Assembly: GCF_001194135.2 (NCBI RefSeq)
Contig: NC_068983.1
Coordinates: 18,216,005-18,265,730, forward strand
DNA: 49,726 nt
Direction: 5' to 3'
Source: Octopus bimaculoides
Taxonomy: Eukaryota
This document shows, in pieces, positions 13,680 through 26,892 of the stretch (positions within the stretch are counted from its first letter, which is position 1; each line of letters opens with the position of its first letter). The notes below the pieces were generated by a model. That model was not told the DNA's origin and searched no databases. It was given only the letters and a program-made list of their open reading frames with translations. Both the position numbers and the translations under genes were made by a program.

Positions 13680-14290
13680 GTAATTGATCTCAAAATATCA
13701 ATGACACCATTACAAAAAGAAATTCAGACATTGACGTTGAGTATCAGAATTGTTGGGCACAAGGTCATTCCATACAAATCTACTGAGTAGAGTCTAAGTG
13801 GCAGAAGAACCGTTTGATTCTCTCCGTGCGGTTATTTAACAAAATTTTAAAATCTTATGAACATGACCTGCATTGGTCCTTCTCTAATCAGAAAGAATTC
13901 GACCGTGTAAGAACGTCTAACTTCAAAAAGCATACATGGCTATGCACAGATCGTTATGATGTCCCTACATTGGTGCTCACAAGGTTTCCATCAACTGTAA
14001 TGGGTGTTGGATAGGCAAGTAAAGAAGGTCATGTCATGTCATCTCATATCTTTCCACTGGTCTTAGAATGAATGTTGCCGGATATGTTTACTGGGGAGAG
14101 CTGTTGTTACGCTTTTGGTGGATTAAGTATGCATTTGAAGGCATAGGTTTTCCAGCAAGCTTCAGTGTCTTCTCACGTTAGACGATATTTACAAACCATG
14201 TAACGCCGGACATGTTTCTGCAAGTCTCGTCAGATTAAATCCTAGGAAGTTTTTCATTTGGAACAATGTTGAAAGAAGGACTATCATAAC
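13680..14290 (+). mobile_element. Tc1/mariner superfamily DD37D (maT-like) transposase remnant
   Basis: Frames read SMTPLQKEIQTLTLSIRIVGHKVIPYKS, then RLFNKILKSYEHDLHWSFSNQKEFD...WLCTDRYDVPTLVLTRFPSTVMGVG*...EGHVM. This matches the maT pattern WFFSDEKNF...WL...DVP.V...KFP..VMV.GVVS.EG.VMPP. Many stops and frameshifts; no TIR seen. Confidence 0.7.
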
Positions 14291-15604
14291 CAAAATAACT
14301 GATCTTTGTCACTGAAAATTGATATTGTCCAGAGGATACTCAGAATGATTGAAAACCATTTTGTAGCGGTTATGGTAGCTGAAGCTAGATTTATAAAATA
14401 ATCTTATGAGAAAGCTAATATAGAGTATGTGCTCATTTTTTAAAATATAAAATACAGTTGGGTTTTGCTATATTAAAGCTGTACTATTAAATTATCACGT
14501 TTCCTCAAACTTCTTTCGTTTTCTGTACACGTGCATGCGCGCAAACATTTGCACATACACATTCACACACAGAAACATGCACACACAGACGCATGATGCA
14601 CACACACACACTTGCGAGATTTAATATAATAATGAGCAATATTGTTTTCATTCTTCCTCTAGTATTATAATTGTTTTCAATCTATTTTCACGCTACAAAC
14701 TATTGCTATATTGTGTTCGAGATCCACGCCAGCTTCACTAAAAGCGCTAAAAAGCATTATTTTGTTATGGTATTCAATGCTTCTTAAAACCCCCTCTTTC
14801 CTATAAACAGACAATCTCAATATCAATATTGTTCTCTTTTATATTCACCGTCATATAAATTTATACTTTTTTTTTCTTTGAAAGACATTTTCTTCCTGTC
14901 AAACAATTTGAGTGTTTTTTAAAGTCCATGTTATTTTTTTCTCGATTATTCTTATATCTCTTCCAAACAATTCCGAAATTTAAATTTTGAAAAGCTGTAG
15001 GAAATGTGAATATTTCCATGTGTCAGATTCAATTTAGAAGCAATGTAACACGCATAAATATATTTTAAGGAAATATTTGTCCATATGAAAATTAAAACGT
15101 CCATTTTTTTATTAAAGAAAAGTAAATAAAAGAAACTATCAAACAAAAAATATAATAGTTAAATGAGTCATAAATGTCTACCACAGCCTTTAAAATGATT
15201 AAAAACAAGGGAACAGGTTTTTTTACTCTTCGAAACTATATTGCTTGTTCTTCTATTTTCCTCCTTCCTTAAGAAAGAAAGCGAATATTTTAAAAAAAAA
15301 TTGCTGTATTTTTCACTCAACAGAATATGTAGTTTTACAGAAATTGAAAATCGTTTGAAATAAATACATTTTTAAAGAAAAAATCTGGAAGAAAAATTAA
15401 CTTTCAGGAAAAAATTTTGAGAAAACATAAAAATCATACTCTATGGAAATATTGAATAAGACTTCAAAAAAATCCGAAGTAATATAAATCATAATACGTG
15501 TAAAATCTTAAAAAGAGAAAAATGAATGATAAACTATTTATTTATTACCATTGAGCGCAAGCATACATATGCACGCGCACAGACACACATATCTTCTTGT
15601 GTAT

Positions 15605-15645
<41 letters not shown>

Positions 15646-16374
15646 AGGGAAAAAATAATGTTTCGCTAAAACAACTTATATAGATTTTTAAAAAGGTGTG
15701 AGAAGGTATTAATGTTTTTTTATATTTTTCACGCCGTTATTTCATTTGTCGATCGACATAAAAAATATTTTCTAATGTTATTTGAAATTTGAATGTACAC
15801 ATAGATTTACTGCTTAATTCTTAGTTGTTTTGGGAAAACTGCAAATATTTCAATATTTTAATATTTTTTTTCTGTTGAAAATAGTTTTGTGTAAATTTTT
15901 TCTCGACTGCATTTGCAAATCAATAATTGTTTTTTTAAAGTTAGACGAATCTTAGTTTCGAATATAAATCTGAATATTTTCTGCTCTCGCAAATGTCCTT
16001 TCTTGTTCTGACACTCTCAATAGGAGGATCATATAATATAATTAATACTTTGTTATGGTATACAGTGTATCATGATAATGGTATGAATAATGGAAATTAA
16101 GTCATGATTTGGCCATTATGTAAAAGATTACGTGTGTACAAGTTCTTTGTTACACAACTCTTTGCATAAAATATAATAATGATATAATATAAAAAAATTT
16201 TACGAGGGTAATGATATATATACATATACATGTATGTATATATGTGTGTGTATATATAAATATATATACATATATATTTTTATTCTTTTACATTTTGCAG
16301 CCCTACGGCTATGGCCATGCTTGAGCTCCGGCTGTATAAACACATTTTGAATGGCCATGTATATGTGATTGACT

Positions 16375-16800
16375 TTTAGTGAAGGAAGCAGTTCCTTTGA
16401 ATCTCCTCCTTTGATATTATTTCATCTGAAACCTTGGAGAATAAATGGTCAAGTTGTTCCTTGAAAACATTTGCCCCTACATCATGAAGATCTCTCTAAT
16501 GTTTTAGGGAGGCTTTAAATAGCTGAGGGTCCTTGAACCCCATGCTGTTGCATTACATATTTCTCACTCTACGTGGGATAGCTGAAATCTTTGGAACAGT
16601 GTAGTGCAGTACTCGATTCCAAGGTTCAGTGCCAATCCATCCAGAATTTTCCATACATATACCACTGCATGCCTCTCTCGTCTTTGCTCCAAGAATTGCA
16701 GTTTCTCCCAGTAGCTCAGCTGTTCCATTGATGCCATATTCCTGGTGTAACACCGCTGAACTGCGTCAAGTTCCGCTTCTTATCTCACATTGTAGACTGT
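16375..16800 (-). mobile_element. CR1/Jockey-group LINE, 3' end of ORF2 (degenerate)
   Basis: Minus strand reads AELDAVQRCYTRNMASMEQLSYWEKLQFLEQRRERHAVVYVWKILDGLALNLGIEY and CNSMGFKDPQLF...DLHDVGANVFKEQLDHLFSKVSDE, typical of the post-RT C-terminus of CR1-type ORF2. Confidence 0.75.
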
Positions 16801-18508
16801 TCACACCTGAGGGCAGTATATAAGAAGCAAAGACGATTAATAAATCTAGGTAGATATCTTTAAAGCACTCAGTGTTAAACGAATTTGCCTAACTATATCA
16901 CACAATAAGATAGGAATAAATGCAAAGTGAATAAACATCCAAGATAATTCTTCATGTATGACAAGTTAATATCGCTAAGCAGAATTTCAAGAAATTTGGA
17001 ATATAACACAACAAAAATAGGAATAGAGAAAATCACATATTTGGTGATTATACCATACAGTATCGAAGAACGTTTCTATTTAGCTAGATATTTACTTCCA
17101 TGTAAAATACCAGGCAAATTAATACATCCTAAGGTAGATGCTGACATAACGTTACTAACGGAATCTAAGATGGGTTAAATTAAAAGTGAACTAAGTAAAT
17201 AGAAACACTTTTTCCTCAGTTTTTGTGAATAGCTTCAGGTCGTCTACGAATAGCAAGTGGTTCAGTATCTCTAAGTACATAGAGAAAGAACATTAAAAGG
17301 AAATATATATTCCAAGAAGAGTCAGTATAATATATCAGTTTTCATAACGAAAGAATGAAAAATAAACGGAGGAATTCTACGTCACAGCAGCTCTAAACAG
17401 ACATTAGAAAAAGTAGGCACATAAATGATAGGCAAAGCAGTTATGATTAACGGGTTGCTTGGCATTGAAATATTAAAAATGATTTTTATTTCCGAGAACA
17501 TTTTAATAGAAAATTACTATTACAATTCAATAAATTTAATTTAGAAGTAATTATATAATACATTTCCTCAGCCAAAGGTCACACTTAAACTTTCAATCAT
17601 TGTACTATGGTACGCAACTAGGAATGAACCACTTTAAATTGCAGTTCATGTTCATATTCCTGTTTTGTGAATCTTAAATCTCAAATGCATATATTTCAGG
17701 ATATATTAATTTGATCGGTATTCTATACGTTTTCTGCATCTCATCTTGCTGGCAGAATAGAAACGATCGTCAGTGAGGTTTAATGTAATCACCAATTAAA
17801 CATGTGATTTTCTTCATTCCTATACTTGACGTTATATATATATATATATNNNNNNNNNNNNNNNNNNNNNNNNNNNNNNNNNNNNNNNNNNNNNNNNNNN
17901 NNNNNNNNNNNNNNNNNNNNNNNNNNNNNNNNNNNNNNNNNNNNNNNNNNNNNNNNNNNNNNNNNNNNNNNNNNNNNNNNNNNNNNNNNNNNNNNNNNNN
18001 NNNNNNNNNNNNNNNNNNNNNNNNNNNNNNNNNNNNNNNNNNNNNNNNNNNNNNNNNNNNNNNNNNNNNNNNNNNNNNNNNNNNNNNNNNNNNNNNNNNN
18101 NNNNNNNNNNNNNNNNNNNNNNNNNNNNNNNNNNNNNNNNNNNNNNNNNNNNNNNNNNNNNNNNNNNNNNNNNNNNNNNNNNNNNNNNNNNNNNNNNNNN
18201 NNNNNNNNNNNNNNNNNNNNNNNNNNNNNNNNNNNNNNNNNNNNNNNNNNNNNNNNNNNNNNNNNNNNNNNNNNNNNNNNNNNNNNNNNNNNNNNNNNNN
18301 NNNNNNNNNNNNNNNNNNNNNNNNNNNNNNNNNNNNNNNNNNNNNNNNNNNNNNNNNNNNNNNNNNNNNNNNNNNNNNNNNNNNNNNNNNNNNNNNNNNN
18401 NNNNNNNNNNNNNNNNNNNNNNNNNNNNNNNNNNNNNNNNNNNNNNNNNNNNNNNNNNNNNNNNNNNNNNNNNNNNNNNNNNNNNNNNNNNNNNNNNNNN
18501 NNNNNNNN

Positions 18509-18563
<55 letters not shown>

Positions 18564-18612
18564 GAAGAAGAAGAAGAAGAAGAAGAAGAGGGAGGAGGAG
18601 GAGGAGGAGGAG
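18509..18612. repeat. Compound trinucleotide microsatellite (AAT)n(AAG)n(GAG)n
   Basis: Direct reading. Confidence 0.98.
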
Positions 18613-18707
18613 ATTACACTGGGGACGTTTAACATTATTACAACGGGGGCGTTTAACACGATTACACCGAGGGCGTTTAACAGACTACACCGGGGACATT
18701 TAACATG
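18613..18707. repeat. Minisatellite, 4 copies of a 23-24 bp unit
   Basis: Units ATTACACTGGGGACGTTTAACATT / ATTACAACGGGGGCGTTTAACACG / ATTACACCGAGGGCGTTTAACAG / ACTACACCGGGGACATTTAACATG. Confidence 0.9.
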
Positions 18708-19099
18708 TGAGAGCGATAACAAACTGTTCCAAACTCTATTGATAAACGTCGGGAATAAAGACAACGAATGCAGCCTTAAATAACGGACAAAATGTTGGAC
18801 TATATGCGAGTAAGAAATACTAAAACATTTCTATTTTCCAAACGAAGAGATGTATTTTAACTGCGTGTCATCACCATCGCACGCATAACACGTATATACG
18901 CGCTCGCCACATTACGATCCAATCAACCTCAGACCATCTCCGTCCCTAAAAACACTGCACAAAAAAAAAAAATTAAATGATACCCGCATTATTCAACCCA
19001 AAGATAACAATCAGGGATGTGTGTGTCTGTGTGTCACGCTAGTAATCGAGGTGGCGGTCGACGGCTAATTATTGAAGGTAAAAGTAAGAAAGTAATATT

Positions 19100-19850
19100 A
19101 TAGGAGAATAAGACACATACCAAAAACTGAACTCAGTTCGAAAAATAGTATCGAATCCATTAACATTCTGGCACTTCCAGCAGTCCAATATAGTTTTAAC
19201 ATCATTAACTGGAATCTTACAGAACTCCAACACCAGGACAGGAAGACAAGGAAACAAATAACTTGCAAAATGGATCAAGCAGACTACAAAAAGAACGGTC
19301 AGAAACAAATTGAGGAGCGTTGAAGCCCTGCATGGACGGTATATACTTCAAAGTCGAAATGCTGAAGATCAAGTAACAACCCATCAGTGGTTGAGAATTT
19401 CAGGACTGAAATCAGAGACTGAATGTTACAAATTGGCAGCACACGATCAAAGTTTGCTCGCAAAATACTACCAGGCTAACGTTCTTCAAAGCGGTTCTGA
19501 TCCTAAATTCAGATTCTGCGACACATTTGACGAAAAAATAGACCAGCTCGTCTTGGGATATCCTTTGCTGACACTAAACGAATACAAAAATCGGCGCGAT
19601 AGGTTATGACTGGAAAATATATAAACACTATAAAATCAGCACTCCTGCTTACTGGTATGAACGTCATCCTGAGCCAGTCATTGAAGGTAGAAATGTCACT
19701 ATCCTTTGGGATTTTCCAGTCCACACTGACAGAACGATCCAAGCTAATTGACCAGACATAATTATTGATGACAGGGAAGAAAATACTTGTAGACTAATAG
19801 AGGTAAGTGTTCCCAATGATAAAATATATCTGTAAACGAATTTGACACAC
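19100..19850 (+). mobile_element. R4/Dong-type non-LTR retrotransposon fragment (thumb, CCHC knuckle, restriction-like endonuclease)
   Basis: Reads RRIRHIPKTELSSKNSIESINILALPAVQYSFNIINWNLTELQHQDRKTRKQIT; LHGRY...HQWLRISGLKSETE...AAHDQSL; decayed knuckle FRFCDTFDEKIDQLVLGY; LWDFPVHTDRTIQAN*PDIIIDD...CRLIEVSVP (PD..D/E motif). Confidence 0.85.
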
Positions 19851-21309
19851 TAAGATGAGGAACTAGTGGTTGAGAATTTCAGGACTGAAAGCAGAGGCTG
19901 AAGGTTTCATATTGACACCACTAGATCAAAGCACAAGATGCTGCGCCGTCTCATAAGGCTAGGACAACCCAAGCGTGGAGGTGTGTCAACCTCTGTGATA
20001 TGTTTTTCCAGGCATATGGTAAACTAGCTCACCAGACATCAATCCATTGGAATATTAACTATAGGGCATAGTTAAAACAGAAAACAATCAATGCTCACAT
20101 AAGACCATACAATCTCTCAAGTTCGTCATAACTAGCAATATGTCCAAAACTGATTAAAAATATCTGACTTAGACAGGTCAAAGATTTCGGCCCTACATTG
20201 AAGCAGCCATTGATGTTACGTCGGATTAAGTGAATAGATGTGATAAAAGAGTTCTCAAGATTATTTGTACCGGTTTGCTAAGAAATTCATACGAATGGCC
20301 TCAAAAAGCGGGCTCACATTATAAGTATTTGTATGTGAATTAGTAGTAAATGATGCAATTTGGATATCCGGCTCTTCATCTTAGACCGAAATTTGGAGAT
20401 ACTATTAAGCTAACTGTAATATTTCTATCATACGATTAATATTTATCTTAATTATATGCTCATTTCTGCATCATACGAAATTTCTACCCAATAACGTAAC
20501 ACACATAATCCACAAAATTGCCTTATTATTAACTAACATTAACATTTAACAAAATACATATATCGTATGAAATACAAATTCGTCTTCTAACAATGTCATA
20601 AAGTTTACAATGTACACACTAGATCTAAAATCCAAAAACAAAGAATAAGATATGGACCAAAAACTTTAGAATACAAATTCTATATGGCATTCAAACACAA
20701 ACGTAAAATTTGTATCTATAGCATTGGAAACAATGAGAACTTAATAAATATATTCACTGTATTGTGAAAATAATCTGTTTTCATAAATGAACACAAATCT
20801 AAATATTTAGAAATACTTGAAGAAAAAGCATTTTCTATAGATTTACGACTAGTTCTAGTGCTCAATGATGAGCAGAACCAGCAGCTGTGCCCCAATAATT
20901 AATGAAATAAATATGATTGTAAAAATAAGGCAAAGTGTATTGAAGGTAACGTGAACGCTAAACACTTTTTACCATTGATGGTTTGCCTCCGGAAGTACAA
21001 CTGTTGTGACAAAATGATAATTAGATCACACGCTGGATATTCAACGAAAATATAACATTGAGGTTGTAACACATCAACTATGATCTCCTTATCTAGCTAT
21101 CGGTAATACTTAATAGATTTTGTTGAATAGAAAACTTCTTTGAACCCTATAAATTCATGACAAATTCAATCAAAATTTTGGCGAGGAAACGTTACGTATA
21201 GAGATGCTTTTGTAAGTAGATTCAACATCTTCGCTTACGTCTGTTACTGTTCTGCTCTCATTTATGCATTATGCAACTATAGATAAACGTATACCCAACA
21301 CAAAAGCAA

Positions 21310-21720
21310 CGATGAAGTAAGCCTTCTATTATTTCTTAATGACATGAAACTTTTCTGAGAAACTGAAAACCTTAATTCTTTGAGAGATTGTGTTGTAATT
21401 TTCCGCGGTTATATTCAGATGCAGTTTGATATAGACATATCTGTTCTTATTCTTATAATGGAAGGGGTAAAGGTTAACGTGAGAGAGAATCGCGCTTTTA
21501 TACAGTAAGACAATTAGTTCTCCAAGTGCGAGTAACTGATGTAAATATCTGCGTGTATTGCAGAAAGATGATATGAAATTGAATGAAAAGAAAGATAATG
21601 TAGGCAATGAATACCAAAGAAGGGTCAGCAAGATCCTAGAAACAAAACTAAGTGGAAGAAGCAGCATTAAAGTAATCAACATATGGGAAACACCGATATT
21701 CGATATTCTGCGGAATTTAT
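21310..21720 (+). mobile_element. Second R4/Dong-type fragment (RT motifs 5-7 and thumb)
   Basis: Reads VSLLLFLNDMKLF*E (about SHLLFMDDLKLY), VIFRGYIQMQFDID (about IFS.DI.M.FG..K), and YLRVLQKDDMKLNEKKDNVGNEYQRRVSKILETKLSGRSSIKVINIWETP (about YKYLG...EY.RR...IL...L...N.I.AIN.WA.P). Confidence 0.75.
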
Positions 21721-22454
21721 TCTGCGGTCGAAATGCAGATAACAAAATAGATATGTACACAGTCGAAATAATAATACATAATTGTTTACACTTATGCTAC
21801 AATAACAGAAAACTCTATAATCAAGAAAAGATAGAAGGACTATACTACATAAGGATATATTATGCGTGACGATAATGTATACAGGGAAAGTAATGAGAAT
21901 ATATAGGCAAGCAGGTAGTAAGGGATGAACACATAGTTTGAAACATAGAAACCAAAAGCGAAGGACTAGATGAAATCTGTAAGCAAAAGTGATCAGTTGA
22001 AAGGCTTTTCATGTAAATAAGAGATTTAACAATGGCGGGGAGCAGTACTTATTGTTTATAACTTATCCCGTCATTCTAATTATGTTCAATGCCTAACATT
22101 TTAGAAAAAAGTTAAAAGAACAAATCTTGTATTAAATATTGATACTTTAACTGTTACGTATAGTACATAGAAAAATAAAAAGACAACGTAAACTATTTTT
22201 CATGAAAATGAATTTATTGAATCAACTACAGAAATTAACTTGCTTGTTCCATAAAGTTTTATTTATTCACACAGCTCCGCACAGCNNNNNNNNNNNNNNN
22301 NNNNNNNNNNNNNNNNNNNNNNNNNNNNNNNNNNNNNNNNNNNNNNNNNNNNNNNNNNNNNNNNNNNNNNNNNNNNNNNNNNNNNNNNNNNNNNNNNNNN
22401 NNNNNNNNNNNNNNNNNNNNNNNNNNNNNNNNNNNNNNNNNNNNNNNNNNNNNN

Positions 22455-22506
<52 letters not shown>

Positions 22507-25500
22507 GTAACACGTATGTATGCATGTAAGTAAATATATATATATGTGTGTATGTGTGTGTGTATGTGTAGACACACACATATATATTCATATACACAGT
22601 GCTGACGTATTTTATGTAACTACTTTATTTTCTGCTACCAGTAGGTTGGTGCAGTTGTGTCATATAACTACGGCTTACGGATAAACTATTAATAACACCG
22701 AGCAAATTGGCGTATCAATGGATGTGAAAATAACAACGAATTGTATGTAGAATATAATTCACAATAATACAGAACAAAATATCAAAGGGCTATTAAATGA
22801 AAAGTTTGTTACAAATGTAACTGTTAATGATTATTCCATTAGTGTCTCCAAGTTCATAAATATTTACAAGATGGAGTCTTTTATGTCTTAATCGACAAAT
22901 TGAGCATCTGAAATGCGGAATCCCATACTCTTTACTGTATTTGGACATTGAGTATTTATTATGATGTATCCAACTCTCCTCTGCTATAGAAATTGTGTGT
23001 TGACATCTGAATAACGCATCCGAAATCCTGAGATTTACCTCATGTCTATGTTTCGACAAAATATGTGCTTTATATCTCTTTGACATATTAAACAATGTTA
23101 ACACAATGTCCGGGGCAACATTGCTTTTGTAAAGTACTCTTCTGTCTATCGTCATTGCATTACGGTGCCGTAAGAAAGTTGGAAATTTGTTATGAAAGAA
23201 TGGTGCTTGTCTGTGGTATTTAACGATACATCACTTTTCAGTAGGACCTATCAATTAAAAGTTGTTTTCAAGATATATGAATTAGCTTCTCATCATTGAC
23301 CGCTCAACAAACTATCGCACTAAAGTGTGCACATGATTTTTAACTTATTCTCAATTGTTTATCTCTTTCCATTTCCTGAACAACGTAATTTTAGCATCAT
23401 CTATCAATAGCATTCTGATTTATCACAAAACAACTAGGTCAAATGTTCAAGCGTAGCAAATTGGACCAGATTGGGAGATGTCGATAAGAGAGATTAAGTT
23501 ATGTGGTTATTGCCCGAGGAGTTCACCACTCCTACTCAGGAAAGTAAATCGTCGATGTTCACAAATATATTTCTATATCCCAATAACTACAGAAGGATAA
23601 CTCTCAATTAGAGATTAGATGTTAAGCAGGAAATGTCAATTTACCAGCTGCAAGTTTTCAGTATTTTATTTATTAGTTTTGATAATGGGAAATAACCGAG
23701 TGGTTCTGAGTTTATTAAAGATTGTCTTAAGTGTGCAACAAATTTATTTCATGACATTAACAATAATGACCCTATTAGCTAAAACTAGTAATGTTGTTAA
23801 AGATGGTATTATGGGAATGAAGGCTAACAAAAAAGCGTAGCATTTAAATGCATGCGTCATCTTTTCTATTCAACTTGGTCAAGTCATTGATATAACAGCA
23901 TCAATTCGTTTAGTTATCAGCACACGTTATTTTTCCTAATTTTTCACTTCGAGACGAGTTTATTACGTTCAGGAATTTGCCTCTGTATACACTATGATCA
24001 GACATAAATGAACAGAGTTCTCAAAAATAGTCCCAGCTACGACTGGTGGTACATCTAATATGATCCAAGAAAATGTTGGTCCATAAAGAATTTTATGAAA
24101 CTGTTGATTATCATTCGTTTCTATACAATTTATAGTATATAAAAAAAAACTACTGTAGACGAAAAAGGAGTTAATAATATCTGAGAACATGGAGATTTGT
24201 GGAAAGGCTAGTCAATTTGGTAGCCGCTAACTTTTTATGAATATACTTTTAAATGAATGAAGAATGGGTGTAGCGTGTAGAGTCAAACTAACGTATAATG
24301 GTCGAGTGAAGGTAAAGTATTACACGGTTTATCTAATGTATCTATGAAATCATGGGAAATGTGAAACTGATTTTTTACCTATGATTTGGCTTAACTGAGT
24401 AGATTTATTTTCAGGAAACTTCCTTACATTTTAAAGAACCTAATATTTAATAGCAACTATTTCTTGAATCTCATGATAAGAAGTCTTGCTGGTTCATGGG
24501 TTTGGCATTAAACACATCGTTCTATCTGACTTAGAAAGTAGAAGTTTAATGCATTTCCAAAGGATGAGGAAAATATTTGAAAGCCTCGACTGTAAGCACA
24601 CACAAAATTGTTATAGAAACTATCAGAGCTGAGACGGAATAGTTTTCTTCTAGATTCGTCCAATTTAGAAAGTAAGAGAAAATCAATACAATTATATACA
24701 ATCATCTGATGAAGTAGATTTCACGAATCTGAAATTAGATGTATTTGTGTGATAGGAGTTAAAAGAAAATACAATGTAGCTAGTACAATTTCAATGTAAT
24801 CCTATATGGAAGCACTCAGAGCAGATTTATAAAAAAATCAAGCTGAAAATGTACAGGTAATAGTGAATAAGCATTCAATAACTGAATTACATTCTCTAAG
24901 TGTTGGTGGACTTAACATTCTTGTGCAAGCTCTTGTGGCCATTTTTCTCATCAGAGTAATCATATGATGCATTCCTCTTATCAACAAGTAAGATATATAA
25001 TACTATTTAAGAGAAGAAACAGATCCCGTGATAATTTGTGTTCTCCTTGAATTCAGGAGCAAAATCCTCATGAAGATAAGGTTAATATTTTCGTTCGAGT
25101 TATGTTTTATTAAAACCCTATGTTTTAAAATTAATTGGAAAAATTAGCTGCATATCTTAAGTATTAGCTAAAGTTAATATAATGTTTTAATATTACTAGT
25201 ATTCCGAAACCAGGATCATGTAACGTAAGAATATCTTCGCCATGGTGGGCTAAAAATATTTCGACAGGATTGCGCTATTGTGACGCTTAAAGGTGACGCA
25301 TGTCCAGTGTATTGGTTGTATTGCAAAAACAATTTGTAGGCACAATCGTTCTTTTAGATATTGATTTTAAGTTCTTTGACGTGAAGGAGAACAGCTAAGT
25401 TTGCAAGTCTCTAATGTGTTGTACTGACTGCTAAAGAGTTGCACAGTCACAATAGTATCCATATCATGTTATTCAGACAAAGAAAAGAGACTGTCAAACG

Positions 25501-26274
25501 CAGCATCTTAAGGAACTTCCTGTTTGCTCCCAGTATGCGATATTTGACGTTAGGAAAAAAATAGAATTTACAAAATATGTCTTTAGCTATAAATCAGGAA
25601 ACATATATATTGTAGATTTAATTATTTCTCAATCATATTAAACGGAAAAAGCATTATGATAATACGTCCAAAGTTATAATATTTCATTTGTATCTCCTGG
25701 TATTCTGAATTACTCTTAAGCAATACTAAATGTCAGAACATAAAAACAAACTACTTCTTTTTACTAATATGTCGTTTGACTTATATTGCTACGATAAAAC
25801 TTCCATATGGCCCAGTCTAAGCAAATTGTTTGTACGAAATGCAACACATGCATTATTTTATATGTGCTAATTAACAATATGCGTAAATTTTATAACTAAC
25901 ACATGTAATTATATATTTATTAGAAAAGGAGGTATATTAATATGGGAGAAAGCAGCGGGTGCATGAATTAATAGAGGTTCATAAATATTTGGCAATCTTT
26001 CATACACTTATTTATATGCGAAATAGGCCTTTTATTGGTCAATATATCGTATATGACTTCAAATGCTCTAAAAAGTATTACGATGTCAATACCGGGTAAT
26101 TTATGCTGGTATCAACCCACTACAGGCTAGGTGGTCTTGACACAACCTATGCCGATAACCACACAACAATTCTGAGTAGTTAGTTATATTTCACTCGAAT
26201 CAAAAATTCTGGTGCAGTGCACCGTTTTGTAGCGAAGCTTGAATCTATCTCTCTCTCTGTCAGTCTGTTGTCTG

Positions 26275-26892
26275 TCAGATTATATACCTCTTTCTAATAC
26301 TCTTCAGGTGTTGAGAAGCTGCTTGGGATTCGTCCCCATACGTAAGCTACTTAGAACATCCGCTCGTAGCCAAAGCATCATTGTAGTGGGTGGGCGGGGG
26401 CGTCCCTGTTAAAGATGTCCGTATTGGCCGAGAGTTTAAATACCAGTTTGCTAATTCCTGAAACAAGGTTTCTAATTACAGGTCGGTAGGTGGTTTGCGC
26501 TCTTGTGGATATATACCGTTTCTTCATTTGGCTTCCTGTAAGGGTAGTATTTGCCCATATTAAGGTCTAAGGTTACATCGAAGAAATCGACCGTAGTCAG
26601 GTTGGTAGTAACCGTTATGAACAGGCCGGAATCTTTGAATACTTTTATCAAGTCCTTCCTGAACCTGTCCGGGGCGTGGCCATTCATATAACCAGGCCAT
26701 CCTTCATATAGAGGGCCGACTTATGCATATGGGTACGTCTCTTGAGCGTATCCAAAATGAATAACCCAACGAGGTCGGCGACTTCAACCCTGTCAAATCT
26801 CCCCATGGAGACATCAAATAATGGATCGCCTTCTTTTTTCACCCAGAAGGAATCGTCATGTATCCGAATTGCCTTTCTGGCATTGATGATGA
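26275..26892 (-). mobile_element. Penelope-like RT fragment (inverted copy)
   Basis: Minus strand reads IIINARKAIRIHDDSFWVKKEGDPLFDVSMGRFDRVEVADLVGLFILDTL...ALYMKDGL...DRFRKDLIKVFKDSGLFITVTTNLTTVDFFDVTLDLNMGKYYPYRKPNEETVYIH. Directly alignable by eye with 28890-29495 (+). Confidence 0.9.

Noticed and set aside
18613-18707. 24-bp repeats as a CRISPR array
   Set aside because: The units are head-to-tail with no unique spacers, there are no cas genes, and the context is eukaryotic.
21329-21760. 143-aa minus-strand ORF
   Set aside because: It is the antisense shadow of the R4-type RT fragment.
24020-24110. KIVPATTGGTSNMIQENVGP resembling a pogo/Tc5-like IPAGTT..IQPLDV motif
   Set aside because: Too short and diverged to support.
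24703-24742. CTGATGA...AGATT TCACG AATCT GAAA hammerhead-like string
   Set aside because: There is a 3-nt offset before stem II, stem I cannot form, and no PLE is nearby.
26385-26402. G-rich run as a G-quadruplex
   Set aside because: Only three G-tracts of three or more, and it is the antisense of PLE coding sequence.
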